A DNA stretch of 64,000 bases, taken from positions 256,001-320,000 of the forward strand of contig CAWEYL010000003.1 in assembly GCA_963813335.1 (NCBI GenBank). Reading direction: 5' to 3'. Under the pieces are notes generated by a model. That model had not been told where the DNA came from. It saw only the letters and a list, made by a program, of their open reading frames with translations, and did not search any database. Shown here piece after piece: positions 20,056 to 29,181 of the stretch. The DNA comes from an uncultured Chloroflexia bacterium. GTDB lineage: Bacteria; Chloroflexota; Limnocylindria; Limnocylindrales; CSP1-4. Every line of letters starts with the position of its first letter. Position 1 is the stretch's first letter. The translations under genes and the position numbers were made by a program.

Positions 20056-22047
20056 ATGGGCTACCGCATCGACATCAACCAGGCGGGCTGCATCAACTGC
20101 GGCGTCTGCATGGACGTCTGTCCGGTGCAGGCGCTCGACATGACACGGCCCGATCATCCGGGCATCGAGGCGGGTCCCGGCGGCGGACCGCTGCGCTGGA
20201 CGATGGAGCATCCGGTCCAGGTCGGCGAATGCATCGGCTGCTCGATCTGCATCCGCGAGTGCCCGGTCGAGGTCATGGACCTCGTCAGCGTCGACGGCCC
20301 GACGCCCCTCGCCGAGCGCCAGGGGCCGATCACCCGTCCCGAGCCCACTACCGGGTGGATCCCGTGGTCGGCGATCACGCGCGAGGCGCTCAAGCCGACG
20401 AGGGTTTCGCCGTTCGAGGGCGGCTATCAGACCCGCAACCGGCCGAAGCCATGGCAGGTCTGGTCGACCATGGTCGAGCCGGACGTGGCCCCGCTGGCCG
20501 CGCCGTGCCAGGAAGCCTGCCCCGCCGGGACCGATGCCGGCCGCTACGTCGGGCTGATCGCCCAGGGGCGCTACGACGACGCGTATGCGGTGGCGGCCGA
20601 GGTCAACCCGTTCCCGTCCGTCTGTGGCTGGATCTGCACCGCCCCGTGCGAGGCGGCCTGCCGGCGCGGGACGCTCGACGAGCCGATCGCGATCCGGACG
20701 CTCAAGCGGTTCGCCGCCGAGCACGGCACCCTGCCGCCGGTCGATCCCCCCAAGGTCCGCCGCGAGGAGCGCGTCGCCATCGTCGGCGGCGGTCCCGCCG
20801 GCATGTCGGCCGCCTACTACCTGATCCGTCTCGGCTACGGCGTGACGGTCTTCGAAGCCATGCCCATCCCCGGCGGCATGATGGCCATCGGGATCCCCGA
20901 ATACCGGTTGCCGCGCGAGACGCTCCAGGCCGAGATCGAGCGCATCGTCGGGCTGGGCGTCGACCTGCGGCTCGACGCGGTCATGGGTCGGGACTTCACG
21001 CTGAGCGGCCTCGAGCAGGAGGGCTTCAAGGCCATCTTCCTGGCCACCGGCGCCCCCAAGAGCCGGCGCCTCGGCGTCCCCGGCGACGGCTCGCGGGGCG
21101 TCGTGCCCGCCACGGTCTTCCTCAAGCAGGTCAACCTCGGCGAGCGGCCGCGGCTGTCCGGTCCGGTCATCGTCGTCGGCGGCGGCAGCACGGCGATGGA
21201 CGCCGCGCGATCCGCCCTGCGCAGCGGCGCCGAGTCCGTGACGGTCATGTACCGGCGCGGGTTCGCCGAGATGCCGGCCCAGGCCGAGGAGGTCGAGGCC
21301 GCCCGCGCGGAGGGCGTCGCCTTCCGCATCGGCGCGGTCGTGACCGAGGTCATCGCTCCCGACGGGACGACGACCGGGGTCCGGTACGCCGAGCAGGCCC
21401 CGACCGGCGAGAGCCAGGGCGGACGCGCGGTCTGGGCAGCGGTCCCGGGCAGCGAGGCCACCATGTCGGCGTCGACGATCCTCGTCGCGGTCGGCGAGGA
21501 GCCCGACCCGTCGATCCTCCCCGAAGGCGCAGGCATCGAGGTCAGCGCCTTCGCCGGGATCGTCGCCGACCCACGGACCCTCTCGACCGGACATGCCGGG
21601 GTCTTCGCCGGCGGCGACGTCGTGTCGGGTCCCAAGACCATCATCGATGCGGTCGCGTCCGGCCGACGGGCCGCCGGCGCCATCCACGAGTACCTCGCCG
21701 GCGCTCGCGACGGCGAGGCCGAGATCATGGCCACGGTCCGCTATCGCACCCCGGTCGAGACGAGCCTCACGCTCGACCTCGCGCCGCGCGCCCGGGCGCG
21801 CCAGCCGCTGCCGATCTACGAGCCCGGCTCCTTCCGGGCCGGCCAGGTCGGCTTCGACGCGACGACCGCGATGGCGGAGGCGTCGCGCTGCTTCCGCTGC
21901 GACGCCGTCTACGGATGCCCGACGGTGGCCGTCACGACGGGCCGCGGCCCGGCCGACGGACCCGGCAGGCAACCCGACCTACCCGCGCCGGTCGTCGGCG
22001 CACCCACCCCCACGTCCACGTTCCCGGCAGCAGGAGGAGATCGATGA
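20056..22047 (+). CDS. 2x[4Fe-4S] ferredoxin fused to a GltD/NfnB/DPD-like FAD-dependent NAD(P)H oxidoreductase
   Basis: CINCGVCMDVCP and CIGCSICIRECP; PCQEACP, CGWIC..PCE..C; GGGPAG (FAD), GGGSTAMD + YRR (NADP-type), VFAGGD, EASRCFRC. Confidence 0.88.
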   Translation: MGYRIDINQAGCINCGVCMDVCPVQALDMTRPDHPGIEAGPGGGPLRWTMEHPVQVGECIGCSICIRECPVEVMDLVSVDGPTPLAERQGPITRPEPTTGWIPWSAITREALKPTRVSPFEGGYQTRNRPKPWQVWSTMVEPDVAPLAAPCQEACPAGTDAGRYVGLIAQGRYDDAYAVAAEVNPFPSVCGWICTAPCEAACRRGTLDEPIAIRTLKRFAAEHGTLPPVDPPKVRREERVAIVGGGPAGMSAAYYLIRLGYGVTVFEAMPIPGGMMAIGIPEYRLPRETLQAEIERIVGLGVDLRLDAVMGRDFTLSGLEQEGFKAIFLATGAPKSRRLGVPGDGSRGVVPATVFLKQVNLGERPRLSGPVIVVGGGSTAMDAARSALRSGAESVTVMYRRGFAEMPAQAEEVEAARAEGVAFRIGAVVTEVIAPDGTTTGVRYAEQAPTGESQGGRAVWAAVPGSEATMSASTILVAVGEEPDPSILPEGAGIEVSAFAGIVADPRTLSTGHAGVFAGGDVVSGPKTIIDAVASGRRAAGAIHEYLAGARDGEAEIMATVRYRTPVETSLTLDLAPRARARQPLPIYEPGSFRAGQVGFDATTAMAEASRCFRCDAVYGCPTVAVTTGRGPADGPGRQPDLPAPVVGAPTPTSTFPAAGGDR

Positions 22048-22676
22048 CGCCAGAACAGGTCCCGGGATTCTTCGACTTCGGCGAGGGGTTCATCGAAGGG
22101 ACGATCGGCGCGGCACTCGTCGCGCTCTGGATGCTCGCCCTCGCGCTGTTCCTGGCGCGGCCGTACATGGCCGCGAACACGCACAAGTTCACCCTGCGGC
22201 TGGGTGCCGACCTGTGGTGGATGATCTACGTCGCCCTTCGCGACATCCTGCTGCTCCAGGTCTTCCTGGGCAGCTTCATCTTCTTCTACCCGGACGTCGT
22301 GAGCGGCAAGGAGCTCCCGATCACCGGCGGGATCGCCGCGGTCTGCGCCTTCGCGGTGCTGCTCATCAAGCTCATCAAGGGCGACCGCGAGCTCAGCTGG
22401 TACCGGGCACAGGTCCTGCTGCTCGGGCTCGGGGCGACGCTCTACATCGTCCCGTACTTCCTCGGGGTCCAGGTGACCAACTTCGCCGGCGACAACGACG
22501 TCGCGAACACGCTGTCCTCGGCGCTCGTCAGCAGCAACAACGTGGACGTCGCCCTCTACCTCTGCTACCTGTCGGCGTTGCTCGTCGGCATCCTCGCCGC
22601 GATCGCGGTGATCTACAACTTCCGCCAGACCGCAGGCCACGCGCGCCTCGACCAGGGAACGGAGACCGCCCGATGA
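22044..22676 (+). CDS. Unknown polytopic membrane protein A (210 aa)
   Basis: AGGAGG RBS, ATGA-coupled; ~5 hydrophobic segments; paralog of the next gene. Confidence 0.85.
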   Translation: MTPEQVPGFFDFGEGFIEGTIGAALVALWMLALALFLARPYMAANTHKFTLRLGADLWWMIYVALRDILLLQVFLGSFIFFYPDVVSGKELPITGGIAAVCAFAVLLIKLIKGDRELSWYRAQVLLLGLGATLYIVPYFLGVQVTNFAGDNDVANTLSSALVSSNNVDVALYLCYLSALLVGILAAIAVIYNFRQTAGHARLDQGTETAR

Positions 22677-23332
22677 CCGGCGACGAACTCGCGACCGCGC
22701 TGACGTCCGGTGGGTCCGCCTGGCTGGTCCTCTCGATCGCAGCGATCCTGCCGATCCTGTGGTCGTTCGCGATGGTCCTGCACTTCGCGCGACCGTACGT
22801 GATCCGCTTCCTCCAGACGCTCACGCTCCGCTTCGGCGGCGACGTCTGGTGGCTGTCCTACGTGCTCATCCGCGACGCCCTGCTGACCATCGTGCTGGCG
22901 ATGAGCGTGATCATGCTCATGCCGAACCTGTACATCGGGCTGGGGCTGCCCCTGACCGCCCCGTTCGCCGTCGTCCTCCTGCTGTGGGCGATGGTCATCA
23001 AGCTGATCCGCGACGCGGACGACGACCCGGCGGCGTTCCGGCTCGTGAGCGGCCTGCTCGTGGCCGCCTCGGTCCTCTACATCGTCCCGCAGATCTACGG
23101 CCTGGAAGCGGCCGACCAGGTCGAATGGCTCGACCAGTACGGCCTCGGCTGGATCCCTGGCGCCCTGAGCGCCTCGAGCGGCGACCCGGCGGTCGTGAAC
23201 TCGTGGGCCTGGCCGATCCTCATCATCAGCCTGGTGCTGTTCGGCCTGACGGCCGCCGCCCTCTTCTTCCGGTACCTGCTCGGTCTCGGCCGGGTCGAGA
23301 CCGCGCCAGTCGAGGCGCCGGCCGCCAAGTAG
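22673..23332 (+). CDS. Unknown polytopic membrane protein B (219 aa)
   Basis: ATGA-coupled; shares ARPY, TLRxGxDxWW..YV..RD, LPxT, IKLI and LYIVP with protein A. Confidence 0.85.
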   Translation: MTGDELATALTSGGSAWLVLSIAAILPILWSFAMVLHFARPYVIRFLQTLTLRFGGDVWWLSYVLIRDALLTIVLAMSVIMLMPNLYIGLGLPLTAPFAVVLLLWAMVIKLIRDADDDPAAFRLVSGLLVAASVLYIVPQIYGLEAADQVEWLDQYGLGWIPGALSASSGDPAVVNSWAWPILIISLVLFGLTAAALFFRYLLGLGRVETAPVEAPAAK

Positions 23333-23345
23333 GCTCGAGGCGCGG

Positions 23346-23380
23346 ACCGGGCGGACGGCCGAAGCCATCCGCCCGGTTTC
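23346..23380. terminator. Intrinsic terminator-like hairpin ending the oxidoreductase operon
   Basis: ACCGGGCGGAcGGC-CGAA-GCCaTCCGCCCGGT then a short T run. Confidence 0.65.
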
Positions 23381-23400
23381 GGGCTGGTCGGACCAGAGGG

Positions 23401-24063
23401 TCAGGCCTTCGTGGTCGCCTCGTCGGCCGTGTCTGCAGCCGTGTCGTCCGCCGTGTCGTCGGTCGTCCCGTCGTCGGCGAGGATCCGGTAGAGGGACCGG
23501 CGCGCGTCGGCGAGGACCTTGCGCGCCTCGTCCCGAGCGGCCGGTGATCCGACCCGATTCACCTGGGTGGCCGCGACGTTGAGCTCCCGGATGAGCCCGC
23601 CGAGGTCGTTGCCGCCCTCGTGCCGCGTCCAGGGGCGATCCGCCGGGACGGCCTTCGCGGCCGCCTGCCCGGTCTCGGTGAGCGAGAACGTCTTGCGGCC
23701 GTCGCGATCCTCGGCCGTGACGAGGCCCTCGTCCTCGAGCTGCTGAAGGGTGGGATAGACCGAGCCGGCGCTGGGGTGCCAGCGGCCGCCCGACCGGTCC
23801 GCCAGCTCCTGCATGACCTGGTAGCCATGCATCGGCTGCTCGGCGAGGAGGCCGAGGATCGCGTCGCGGATGATGCCGCGCCGCATCTGGAAGCGGCCGC
23901 CATGGGGACGGGGCGGGCGGCCGTGGCCGTGGCCGCCGAGTCGGCCGCCGAGGCCGCGCATCCGGCGGCTGCCGGGACGCTCGACCGACAGGGCGTCGTC
24001 GGCGTGGGGGTGGTGGTGCGGGCGGCCGTCAGGGCCGGACCCGTGTGTCCTGAAATCGATCAC
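23401..24063 (-). CDS. PadR family transcriptional regulator with a His/Gly/Arg-rich N-terminus
   Basis: AILGLLAEQPMHGYQVMQEL, PSAGSVYPTLQQLEDEGL; AAGGA RBS before GTG. Confidence 0.9.
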   Translation of the reverse strand: MIDFRTHGSGPDGRPHHHPHADDALSVERPGSRRMRGLGGRLGGHGHGRPPRPHGGRFQMRRGIIRDAILGLLAEQPMHGYQVMQELADRSGGRWHPSAGSVYPTLQQLEDEGLVTAEDRDGRKTFSLTETGQAAAKAVPADRPWTRHEGGNDLGGLIRELNVAATQVNRVGSPAARDEARKVLADARRSLYRILADDGTTDDTADDTAADTADEATTKA

Positions 24064-24116
24064 TGGGATGTTCCTTGGGTCTGGTATGGGTTGGTTCGTT
24101 GCTTGCGAGCTCGCGC

Positions 24117-24136
24117 TATCACGATATATCGAGTTA
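24117..24136. promoter_or_regulatory. AT-rich palindrome, probable PadR operator
   Basis: CGATATATCG (24122-24131) in the divergent promoter region. Confidence 0.55.
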
Positions 24137-24187
24137 TGTCGTGATGTCAAGCCCTCCTCCTTGCCGCGGGGACGCTACTGTCTCGAC

Positions 24188-24655
24188 ATGCGGATCGAAG
24201 GGGCCAGGTTCGGCCATGTGAACGTGACCTCTCGCGACTGGCGGCGCCTCGCCGACTTCTACCGCGATGTCTTCGGGATGGAGCAGGCCGGTCCCGAGCG
24301 GGATATCTCCGGCGCCGACCTCGACCGTGCGACCGGCCTGGTCGGCGCGCACCTGCGGGGAGCCCACCTTCGCCTGCCGGGCGGCGGCGACGATGGCCCC
24401 ACCCTCGAGATCTTCAGCTATGAGGTCATGGCGCCGGATCCGGGAACGGCCACGCCGCACCGCGCCGGCTGGGGTCACATCGCGATCATGGTCCCGGACG
24501 TCCCCGCGGCCCAGGAGGCCGTGGTGGCCGGCGGCGGAGCGATCCTCGGCGATGCCGTCACCATGGCGACCAAGGACGGCCGGCGCCTGACGTGGGGCTA
24601 CGTCACCGACCCGGACGGCAACATCCTCGAGCTGCAGACCTGGCACGCCGGGTGA
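24188..24655 (+). CDS. VOC/glyoxalase family protein
   Basis: HVNV..FY..FG, LEIF, HIAI.V.D, DPDGNILEL. Confidence 0.88.
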   Translation: MRIEGARFGHVNVTSRDWRRLADFYRDVFGMEQAGPERDISGADLDRATGLVGAHLRGAHLRLPGGGDDGPTLEIFSYEVMAPDPGTATPHRAGWGHIAIMVPDVPAAQEAVVAGGGAILGDAVTMATKDGRRLTWGYVTDPDGNILELQTWHAG

Positions 24656-24709
24656 CCCCTCCCCGGCGCTACACTCGGACGGTCAACCGCTCCGCAGGAG
24701 GCCGCCCCC

Positions 24710-26623
24710 GTGGCGAGACCCTACGTTCGACTGACCCAGCCCCTCGTGCGCGACGCGAAGGGCGGCGAGCTTCGACCCGCGACGTGGGACGAGGCGCTGG
24801 ATCGCGTGGTCGCCGGGTTCGAGGCCGCGAAGGCGGCCCACGGCCCGACGACCTTCGGGACCTTCAGCTGCTCGAAGGCGACCAACGAGGTCAACTTCGC
24901 GGCCCAGAAGTTCAGCCGGGCGGTCCTGGGCAGCAACAACATCGACAGCTGCAACCGGACCTGACACGCCCCGAGCGTCGCCGGTCTGGCGACCGTGTTC
25001 GGTGCCGGTGGTGGCACGAATTCATACCGTGAGGTCGAGGACGCCGATCTGATCGTCCTCTGGGGCAGCAATGCCCGCGAGACCCATCCGATCTTCTTCC
25101 ACCACGTCCTCAAGGCCGTGCGCAAGGGCGCCCGCCTCTACGCCATCGACCCGCGGCGGACGTCGTCCGCGGAGTGGGCCGATGTCTGGCTGGGGCTCGA
25201 CGTCGGCTCCGACATCGCGCTCGCCAACGCCATCGGTCGCGAGATCATCGATGCCGGGCTCGAGGACGAGCGCTTCATCGGCCGCGCCACCGAGGGCTTC
25301 GAGGCCTATCGGACCAAGGTCGACGCGTACACGCTGGACTACGCCGAGCGCGAGACCGGCGTCCCGGCGGAGACCATCCGCGAGCTCGCGCATGCCTTCG
25401 CCACGGCCGACAAGGCGATGATCTGCTGGACGCTCGGCATCACCGAGCACCACAACGCGGTCGACAACGTCCTGGCCCTGATCTCGCTGGTGCTGCTGAC
25501 CGGCCACGTCGGGCGGTATGGCAGCGGCGTGAACCCGCTGCGCGGCCAGAACAACGTCCAGGGCGGCGGCGACATGGGCGCGCTCCCCGATCGCCTCACC
25601 GGGTTCCAGCACGTGGAGAACGACGCGATCCGCGCCAGCTTCGATGCCGAATGGGGCGTGACGGTCCCGCCGAAGCGCGGCTGGCACCTGTCGGGGATGT
25701 TCGATGCGATGGAGCGCGGCGACCTGACCGCGGTCTACTGCATCGGCGAGAACCCGGTCCAGTCCGAAGCCGACCAGAAGCGCGCGATCGAGCTCCTGTC
25801 CGGGCTCGACTTCCTCGTCGTCCAGGACCTGTTCCTGACCAAGACTGCCGAACTGGCCGACGTGGTCCTGCCGGCCACCGCGGCCTGGGCCGAGAGCGAG
25901 GGCACCGTCACCAACTCCGAGCGGCGCGTCCAGCGGGTCCGCAAGGCGGTCGAGCCGCCGGAAGGTGCACGCGACGACCTCGCGATCGTCTTCGAACTCG
26001 CGAACCGGATGGGCGCGGGCTGGGGCCAGCCGGACCCGGAGGCCGTGTGGGACGAGGTCCGCCGGCTCTCCCCGGTCCACGCCGGCATGAGCTACGCCCG
26101 CCTCGAGTCGGAAGGCGGGCTCCAGTGGCCGTGCTGGGACGAGACCCACCCGGGCGAGCTGTACCTGCACAGCCGGCTGTGGGAGGACCCGATGCCCGGC
26201 GACCGGGTGCCGTTCGTGCCGGTCGACCACGACCCGCCGGTCGACAAGCTCGATGCGGACTTCCCGATCCGGCTCACGACCGGCCGCCGGCTGGACTCGT
26301 ACAACACGGGCGTCCAGACCGCCGGCTACACGTCGCCGCTGCGGCGCGGGGAGTCGCTCGACATGTCGCCCGAGGATCTCGCGCGGTTCGGCCTCGCCGA
26401 GGGCGAGGTGGTCCGGGTGGTCTCGCGGCGCGGCCAGGTCGAGGTCGCGGTGCGCCTCGACGAATTGCTCCGCCCGGGTCTCACGTTCATGACCATGCAC
26501 TTCCAGGACGAGGTCGCGGTCAACCTGCTGACCATCGACGCCACGGACCCGAAGTCCGGCACGGCCGAGTTCAAGGCCACGGCCATCCGCATCGAGAAGC
26601 TCGAGGTGCCGGTCGGGGCCTGA
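24710..26623 (+). CDS. fdhF: Selenocysteine-containing Mo/W-bisPGD formate dehydrogenase catalytic subunit (UGA at 24962-24964 read as Sec85); lacks the N-terminal [4Fe-4S] domain
   Basis: Two in-frame ORFs joined by TGA in NIDSCNRT-U-HAPSV; GSNARETHP, LRGQNNVQG, GENP, EGTVTNSERRVQ, LTTGR, TAEFKA. Confidence 0.92.
24971..25002 (+). promoter_or_regulatory. Bacterial SECIS element
   Basis: CCGAGC-GTCGCC-GGTCT-GGCGAC-cgt-GTTCGG hairpin; the upper stem starts 12 nt after the UGA; G-containing apical loop. Confidence 0.88.
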
Positions 26624-26634
26624 CCGGCACGCTG

Positions 26635-27894
26635 CTACCCGGTGGTCGTGGGCGTGTCGTCGTCCGCGGGTGGGGCGGTCGGCGGCGTGGCGGGCGGCGC
26701 GACGGGTGCCGGTGCCGCAGGCGGGGCGGTCGGCGTCGGTGCGGGAGTGGTCGGCGTCGGCTTGAATGCGGTCGAGCCGGCGCGACTGGCCGCGCTGCTT
26801 GCCGCGGAACCGGCCGCCGTGGTCGCCGAGGTCACCCAGGCCGGACGGCCGGAGAGGTAGGCCACGATCCCGACGATCGCCACGCCGATGAGGACGAGCA
26901 GGGTCAGACCGCGCAGGTCCTCGAACGTCGCATCCATCACCGTCCGGACCGCGCCGGCGACGCCGAGGTTGGCGATCCCGCCGACCAGCACGTCCTCCAT
27001 GGTGCGGATCGCGAAGCGGGCGATCAGGAACGCCACGATGGTGCCGATCGCGAGATAGACCACCATGTGCCGCCGGTTGCGCGCGAGCCACAGGCTCACC
27101 GCCAGCAGCACCACGCTCAGGATCACCAGCAGGATGACGATGATGTCGAACGCCTTGACCGCGGCGCGCGCCGCCTCCAGTCGCGCGGACGGCATCAGCT
27201 GGATGGTCCCGAAGTCAGCGGGCACGGTGATGCCGAGCGCGCTGTTGAGCCGCTGGGCCAGCGTCCCGGGTGCCTCGGGTGCGGACAGATCCGGGAGCAC
27301 GACCTCCGGCGGGATGATGCCTGCCGCCTGGAGCTGCTCGAGCGCCTTGCCCACGATGGGGAAGACATCGAGCGTGACGTAGCCGTTCACCACGTTGACG
27401 TTGTCGGCCTCGTCCCGGAGCAGGCGCATCACCTGCTCGTGCGTGAACGACAGCGAGTTGACGAGCGCGTCCTGCGTCCGCGGGTCGGCGAGGACGACCT
27501 GCAGCCGCTTGTCGACGCCGTCCTGGACGGCCAGTGCGATCGTCCCGGCGAGCGGCTTGAGCGCATCGGGGAGACGCGCCTCGAGCCGCCCCTGGACGTC
27601 GATGGCCTCGACGACCTGGGCGCTGATCCGCGCGCTGACCGGGTCGATGATCGTCGGGTCGGTGACGACCGTCTCGACGAGGGCCGTGAAGCGCTCGGTC
27701 TTGAACGCGACCTGGTGCGCCCAGACGGCCACCGTGGACACGACGACCGAGAGGCACGCCAGGACGAAGACGACGGCGAGCAGTGCACGTCCGCCGCGCG
27801 ACAGCGGCGCCCTCGCCGGCTTGGCGGGTGGCACCGGCGTGAACATGTGGGGCTCCGGAACCGCCGGCGTCGCTGGCTTGTTGGCTGCGTCCAT
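26635..27894 (-). CDS. Hypothetical integral membrane protein with a Pro/Ala/Thr-rich tail
   Basis: N-terminal TM, soluble domain, three C-terminal TMs; GAGGAGG RBS. Confidence 0.75.
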   Translation of the reverse strand: MDAANKPATPAVPEPHMFTPVPPAKPARAPLSRGGRALLAVVFVLACLSVVVSTVAVWAHQVAFKTERFTALVETVVTDPTIIDPVSARISAQVVEAIDVQGRLEARLPDALKPLAGTIALAVQDGVDKRLQVVLADPRTQDALVNSLSFTHEQVMRLLRDEADNVNVVNGYVTLDVFPIVGKALEQLQAAGIIPPEVVLPDLSAPEAPGTLAQRLNSALGITVPADFGTIQLMPSARLEAARAAVKAFDIIVILLVILSVVLLAVSLWLARNRRHMVVYLAIGTIVAFLIARFAIRTMEDVLVGGIANLGVAGAVRTVMDATFEDLRGLTLLVLIGVAIVGIVAYLSGRPAWVTSATTAAGSAASSAASRAGSTAFKPTPTTPAPTPTAPPAAPAPVAPPATPPTAPPADDDTPTTTG

Positions 27895-28052
27895 CCCGTC
27901 CTCCTCGCGGATCCGTCGGAACGACCTCCAACAGTAGCAGGGGCCCGACGGCACCGAACGGCGCACGGGGACTCCCTTGACATCGACCCCTCCGGTGCGA
28001 GGATGCAGGTTCGTCGTCCGACGAGGACCTGCAGCGCGTGGAGGAGTCCGTC

Positions 28053-28376
28053 GTGGCCAAGTACCTGTTTCATGGGTCGTACACCCAGGCCGGCATCAAG
28101 GGGGTCCTCAAGGATGGGGGCACCGGCCGTCGCAAGGCCGTCGACGCGCTCGCCAAGAGCCTCGGCGGTTCCGTCGACTCGATGTACTGGGGGTTCGGCA
28201 AGGACGACTTCTACGTGATCGCCGAGCTGCCGACCGCAGCCGCCGCGGCAGCGCTCGCGGCCACGACCGGCGCGTCCGGCGCGGTCTCGATCAGCACGGT
28301 CGTGCTGCTCACGGCGAAGGACATCGACGCCGCCGCCAAGCTCCATCCGGACTACCGGGCGCCCGGCGCGAAGTAG
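28053..28376 (+). CDS. GYD domain protein
   Basis: KYLF..SYT..G, GG.V..MYW.FG..D pattern. Confidence 0.8.
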   Translation: MAKYLFHGSYTQAGIKGVLKDGGTGRRKAVDALAKSLGGSVDSMYWGFGKDDFYVIAELPTAAAAAALAATTGASGAVSISTVVLLTAKDIDAAAKLHPDYRAPGAK

Positions 28377-28403
28377 CCGATCCGGTCGCGGCGTGGCCGC
28401 GAG

Positions 28404-28793
28404 TCAGGCCGGCTGGACCACCGGAAGGCCTGCCTCGCGGGCCGCGGCCGCCAGGCGTTCGTCGTACGTGACGAACGCATCGAGCTCGGGGCCGATCTCG
28501 AGCGCGGTCGCGAGGTGGATGGCGTCGAGCGTCCGCAGGGTGGCCGGCGCCAGGCTGGCGGCGATCGAGCCGACGGCCGGACTCAGCAGGACGATGGACA
28601 CCGACCGGAGCACGGCGTCGACATGGCCGGGGGCCACGACCTTCCGGGCGACCGCGCGTCTGGTCTCGATGGCACCCACATGGCTCGTGACGACGCGGTC
28701 CGCCTCGACGTACCACCGACGCATCGGGGCCGCATCACGTTCGTCGAGGACGAGCTTGACCAGGGCGGACGAATCCACGTAGGCAAGCGTCAT
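28404..28793 (-). CDS. vapC: VapC (PIN domain) toxin
   Basis: YVDSSALVKL, E, LRTLDAIHLATA, TYDERL. Confidence 0.9.
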   Translation of the reverse strand: MTLAYVDSSALVKLVLDERDAAPMRRWYVEADRVVTSHVGAIETRRAVARKVVAPGHVDAVLRSVSIVLLSPAVGSIAASLAPATLRTLDAIHLATALEIGPELDAFVTYDERLAAAAREAGLPVVQPA

Positions 28794-29098
28794 CGATCAT
28801 CCTCGTCTCGCATCCGGAGCAGGAGGTCCGTCAAGGTGGGGCCATCGGGATCCGGATCCGGGAGCGGCTGCGGGATGTCGGCCGGCCGGATCTTGGCCAA
28901 TGCGATCCGGCCGTCGGCGATCATCTGGTCCACCTTCGAGGACAATGTCGAGGGCCGCGGGCCGAGCTGCGCGACGGGCTGCCCGTGCTCCGTGACGTCG
29001 AACGATTCGCCGGCCTTCACGCGGTCCAGGTAGACGCTCAGGTTCTGGCGCAACTCCCGAACCCCGACGCGGGCCGGCCGGTCGCCGGTCTCGCTCAT
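28790..29098 (-). CDS. Phd/YefM family antitoxin
   Basis: VGVRELRQNLSVYLDRVKAGE.FDVT.HG.PVA.L; overlaps the toxin start. Confidence 0.9.
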   Translation of the reverse strand: MSETGDRPARVGVRELRQNLSVYLDRVKAGESFDVTEHGQPVAQLGPRPSTLSSKVDQMIADGRIALAKIRPADIPQPLPDPDPDGPTLTDLLLRMRDEDDR

Positions 29099-29117
29099 GT
29101 AGCACATGGTAGCACAA
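29098..29117. promoter_or_regulatory. Tandem GTAGCACA repeats, probable TA autoregulatory operator/-10
   Basis: TGTAGCACA-TGGTAGCACA directly upstream of the antitoxin ATG. Confidence 0.6.
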
Positions 29118-29181
29118 TCGCCCACCCGACTCGCGAAACGGCGGCGGGCTCGGCCTGGCGCCGGCGCTACACTCGGCCGCG

